Assembly (NCBI RefSeq): GCF_001194135.2
Contig: NC_068988.1
Location: 81,588,165-81,639,375, forward strand
Source of the DNA: Octopus bimaculoides
Lineage: Eukaryota
Direction: 5' to 3'
DNA: 51,211 bases
In this document: positions 48,166 through 51,211 of the stretch, piece after piece
Layout of the letters: every line of letters starts with the position of its first letter
How positions within the stretch are numbered: the stretch's first letter is position 1
The notes under the pieces: generated by a model
Told to the model about the DNA's origin: nothing
The model's input: the letters and a program-made list of their open reading frames with translations, nothing else
Databases searched by the model: none
Made by a program: the position numbers and the translations under genes

Positions 48166-49464
48166 ACTTTCTTTATTGACCACAAGAGCTGAACACAAAA
48201 CATAATGGACGATACACAGATGAGGGACAATGGGGTTAAATGTGTTAAACATCAAAAATGTTAAACAGCAAAAAAACACAATTAACAAGGAGATTAAACC
48301 AAAAATATACTTCCCCAATATGAGGGAGTCCCACCAAGATAACCAAAGTAACCTCACACACTTTGAACCCCCTAACACCAAAGTCACCTCAGGTAGGCAC
48401 ACCTCCCCTCATTCCATCTGGCCTACAGGCGTACACTTAGAGTAGGCCCATTGACACGGGCCATTCTTGCCACATTCACCCACATTTCAACAAACTTACT
48501 ATGTGACAGCACCTCCCTCTCCAGCCTCACTTTCCTTTTCAGGTGGAACCTGAAAAAGTCAATGAGGCCTTGGTCAAAGAAGAAGGTACCCATCTTCAAA
48601 CTTTTCAATCACTTCTACCATACTACCTCTTTCGCCATAGTTACGAGACAGAGAAAAAACTGCCAAAGGTAGGAGGTGGGGGTGATCTTCATGATGGACT
48701 GACAATAGCTAGATCTGTCCTACATGTGACAATTGCTGTTTGACAAAGCTCTACAAGTCAGCAATGCGTGGACACTGTATGAGAGCATGCAGAATGGTTT
48801 TATCACTCCGCATGCATCTCAGACAAGCCTGTCTGACTGCACACCCATGTCTGAAGAGCTTATCACAAACCAGCAGAGCCCTGGCAGTACTGCCAGGCCA
48901 GGGATTTCAAGAAGTTACCCATAGGCCCAGGCCTGAAAGTCCTCTTGAAGAGACCAGTCAGTTGATCCCTCCCAATATCCAGAACCTCTCTGAGAACATC
49001 ATCACTCTTGCCCTCCTCTAATCCCCTATAGATCTCCAAGGTGCCCAATTGGCCAAGGGCTGTGAGTGCTTGGAGACACTCAAGGTGCCGAGTGCCCTGC
49101 CTTGGTCTACACCTGATCCAATGAGTGCTGATAGCAAATGGACTGTCTGACAAGCAGTACCTGTCCCTTCCACAGGATGCAAAAGAGCAAGTGTACTAGC
49201 CTATTCAGCCATGAAGCGGGGCAAGGGATGATAGTCAGGTGGTAGTATATGACAGATGTGATATACACATTCACCACTTTTCAGAGACAGCTCCTTCTTC
49301 TTGGCCCATTTCTAGGTGAGACTGGCCACCCTGCCTGTCACCTCACCCCAGTTATTGTTCACTTCGAGGTCTGGACTGAACCAGACCCTGAGAAAATTAA
49401 CCAGTCCTTCTGTTCAGCACCCCACAACGCTGTCAGTCGGCAAGGACTTGCCTATCCAAGCATG
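48166..49464 (-). mobile_element. 5'-truncated L1/Tx1-clade LINE
   Basis: VWFSPDLEVNNNWGEVTGRVASLT*KWAKK.ELSLK / VYITSVIYYHLTIIPCP..WLNRLVHLLFCILWKG; AATAAA near 3' end; TSD CTGCCT(A/T)AATAAT at 48153-48165 and 49465-49477. Confidence 0.8.
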
Positions 49465-49470
49465 CTGCCT

Positions 49471-49499
49471 TAATAATAATAATGATAATGATAATAATG

Positions 49500-49539
<40 letters not shown>

Positions 49540-49548
49540 GTTAAACGA

Positions 49549-49597
<49 letters not shown>

Positions 49598-49610
49598 CAA
49601 CAATAATAAT
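49471..49610. repeat. (TAA)n array (interrupted)
   Basis: Directly visible. Confidence 0.95.
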
Positions 49611-49614
49611 GATA

Positions 49615-50109
49615 TGCACTGGGGATGGCTAAGAAGGAATATATTCACAGGCATGACAGAGTTAGGACCTATATACACTGGAAGCTATGCCAACACTTTG
49701 GAATAACAACAGAAAAAAGGCACACACCAGAAAAGGTCACAGAAAATGAGAAAACAACCATACTCTGGGATATGCTAATACACACAGATAGAGAAATTAA
49801 GGCCAATAGGCTGAATATAGTTGTCAGATATTGCCATGAAAAGAAATGCTTTCTAATCGATGTATGATAAAATCAATTAGGTATAATAAAAAAAAAACAT
49901 TCAGACAAATACATAATAAAAACACCAGGACTTACAAGTATATATAACATACAGAAAATAGCACTACTAGGCACAGCACATGTCCTACATTAAACACTTT
50001 CAATACAGTGAAAATAAGAACACCACAACAACTCACAGCACATACCCAAGGCGCACGGAGCTGCGTTCGGTAGTGCAGTGAAAGCATGTGATAACAATAA
50101 GACTGCTGA

Positions 50110-50112
<3 letters not shown>
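49615..50112 (+). mobile_element. R4/Dong-clade RLE element 3' fragment with internal deletion
   Basis: AKKEYIHRHDRV..IHWKLC...TILWD..IHTDREIKANRLNIVV...CFLIDV (RPD-x-D endonuclease motif, decayed); (TAA)n at both ends. Confidence 0.85.
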
Positions 50113-50174
<62 letters not shown>

Positions 50175-50540
50175 CCTTCTTACTATAGGCACAAGGCCTG
50201 GATTTTGTAGGGAGGAGGACAGGCTCCAGTACTCCACCGGTACTTAATTTATCGACCCCGAAAGGATGAAAGGCAAAGTTGACTTCGGTAGAATTTGAAC
50301 TCAGAATGTTGCGACAGGCAAAATACTGCTAAGCATTTCGTCCAGCATGCTAACAATTTTGCCAGCTCACTGCCTTCTATAATAATAATGGTTTGAAATT
50401 TTGGCACGATGCCTGAAATTTTGGGAGAGGTGGTTAGTTGATTACATCATCCTCAGTGTATAACTGATACTTCGGAATTTGAACTTTGCAAACCGCTAAG
50501 CATTTTATCTGGTTGCAAACTGTTCTGCCAGCTCCCCACA
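50175..50540 (-). mobile_element. Two SINE family C copies (50175-50375, 50390-50540)
   Basis: Each is separated by short (TAA)n; rc head aggcagtgagctggc. Confidence 0.8.
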
Positions 50541-50829
50541 TTAATAAGAAAAAGAATGATCAATTAGAAGAGCATGATACAATGTGTAATAAATGAAAGA
50601 TTGAATCTGCTTATTGAATTGAACAATATTTGAACAATATGTCTGCCTTCTTCAGGTTCAAAAATGAAAAAGGAAGAAAAAAACAAAAAAATAACACAGA
50701 AATACAAAAAGAAGAAAGAAAAAGGAAAGCAGTAAAGAGAAAGCTTAGTTAAAAAGTTTTTGTGTGAATGTAATGGAATTCTGTCGTTTTGTTCATTTCT
50801 GCAGGGTGTGACATTAGAATTTGTTTACT

Positions 50830-50975
50830 CATATATTTGTTTCAGTCACTAGGTTGCAGCCATACTGGAGCACTGCCTTGAAGAATTTTAGTTGAATGAA
50901 TTGACCCTAGTAGTTATTTCCTTTTTAAACCTGGTAATTACTCTACTGATCTCTTTTGCTGAACTTGAACCAAAT
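50830..50975 (-). mobile_element. SINE family A tail
   Basis: ttgtttcagtcact...gccatactggagcactgccttgaag. Confidence 0.7.
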
Positions 50976-50984
50976 TCGTTGACT

Positions 50985-51211
50985 GGCACCCATGCCAACC
51001 TTCCTTCATTGGACATTAAACTCAGCTTGCGAAGACCTGTTGGGGCAAGTGAGATCAAAACTGAACCAAATTCGATGACTGTCACCTGTGCCAGTGGAGC
51101 ACTAACAGCACCATCTGAGCGGGATCACTGCCAGAGCACATAAAAAGCACCATTTGAGCGCGATCGTTTCCAGCTTTGCCTTACTGGCACTCGTGCCGGT
51201 GGCATGTGAAC
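50985..51211 (+). mobile_element. RTE 3' UTR tandem-unit region (runs off the window)
   Basis: 51166-51211 is identical to 26532-26577. Confidence 0.85.

Overview
Eukaryotic, very AT-rich, repeat-saturated DNA. About 4.6 kb (~9%) is N gaps, most of them next to (TA)n tracts. The tRNA-derived SINE families, RTE 3' tails ending in (ATG)n and microsatellite density resemble an Octopus-type cephalopod genome; this is inferred from pattern recognition only. There is no prokaryotic feature and no complete host gene, and most ORF-track entries are gap or microsatellite artefacts. The real coding remnants are transposon-derived: an RTE reverse transcriptase with a PHD finger inside the RT, an RTE endonuclease, an RTE-BovB-like 3' end, a LINE tail with two C2H2 fingers, an L1/Tx1 fragment, two R4/Dong RLE fragments and two mariner fragments. 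There are also several MITEs and roughly 30 SINE or tail copies. A few short segments with strong splice signals suggest the window is intronic to long transcripts on both strands (low confidence). Most interesting: (i) several minimal type I hammerhead ribozyme motifs in Penelope-like repeats, including a CUGUUGA core variant; (ii) a 3.4-kb chain of retroelements all bounded by (TAA)n arrays, suggesting two opposite-strand microsatellite-targeting LINE/SINE systems; (iii) the PHD-in-RT fusion; (iv) a recent local inverted duplication with a 12-bp target duplication, plus other foldback structures.
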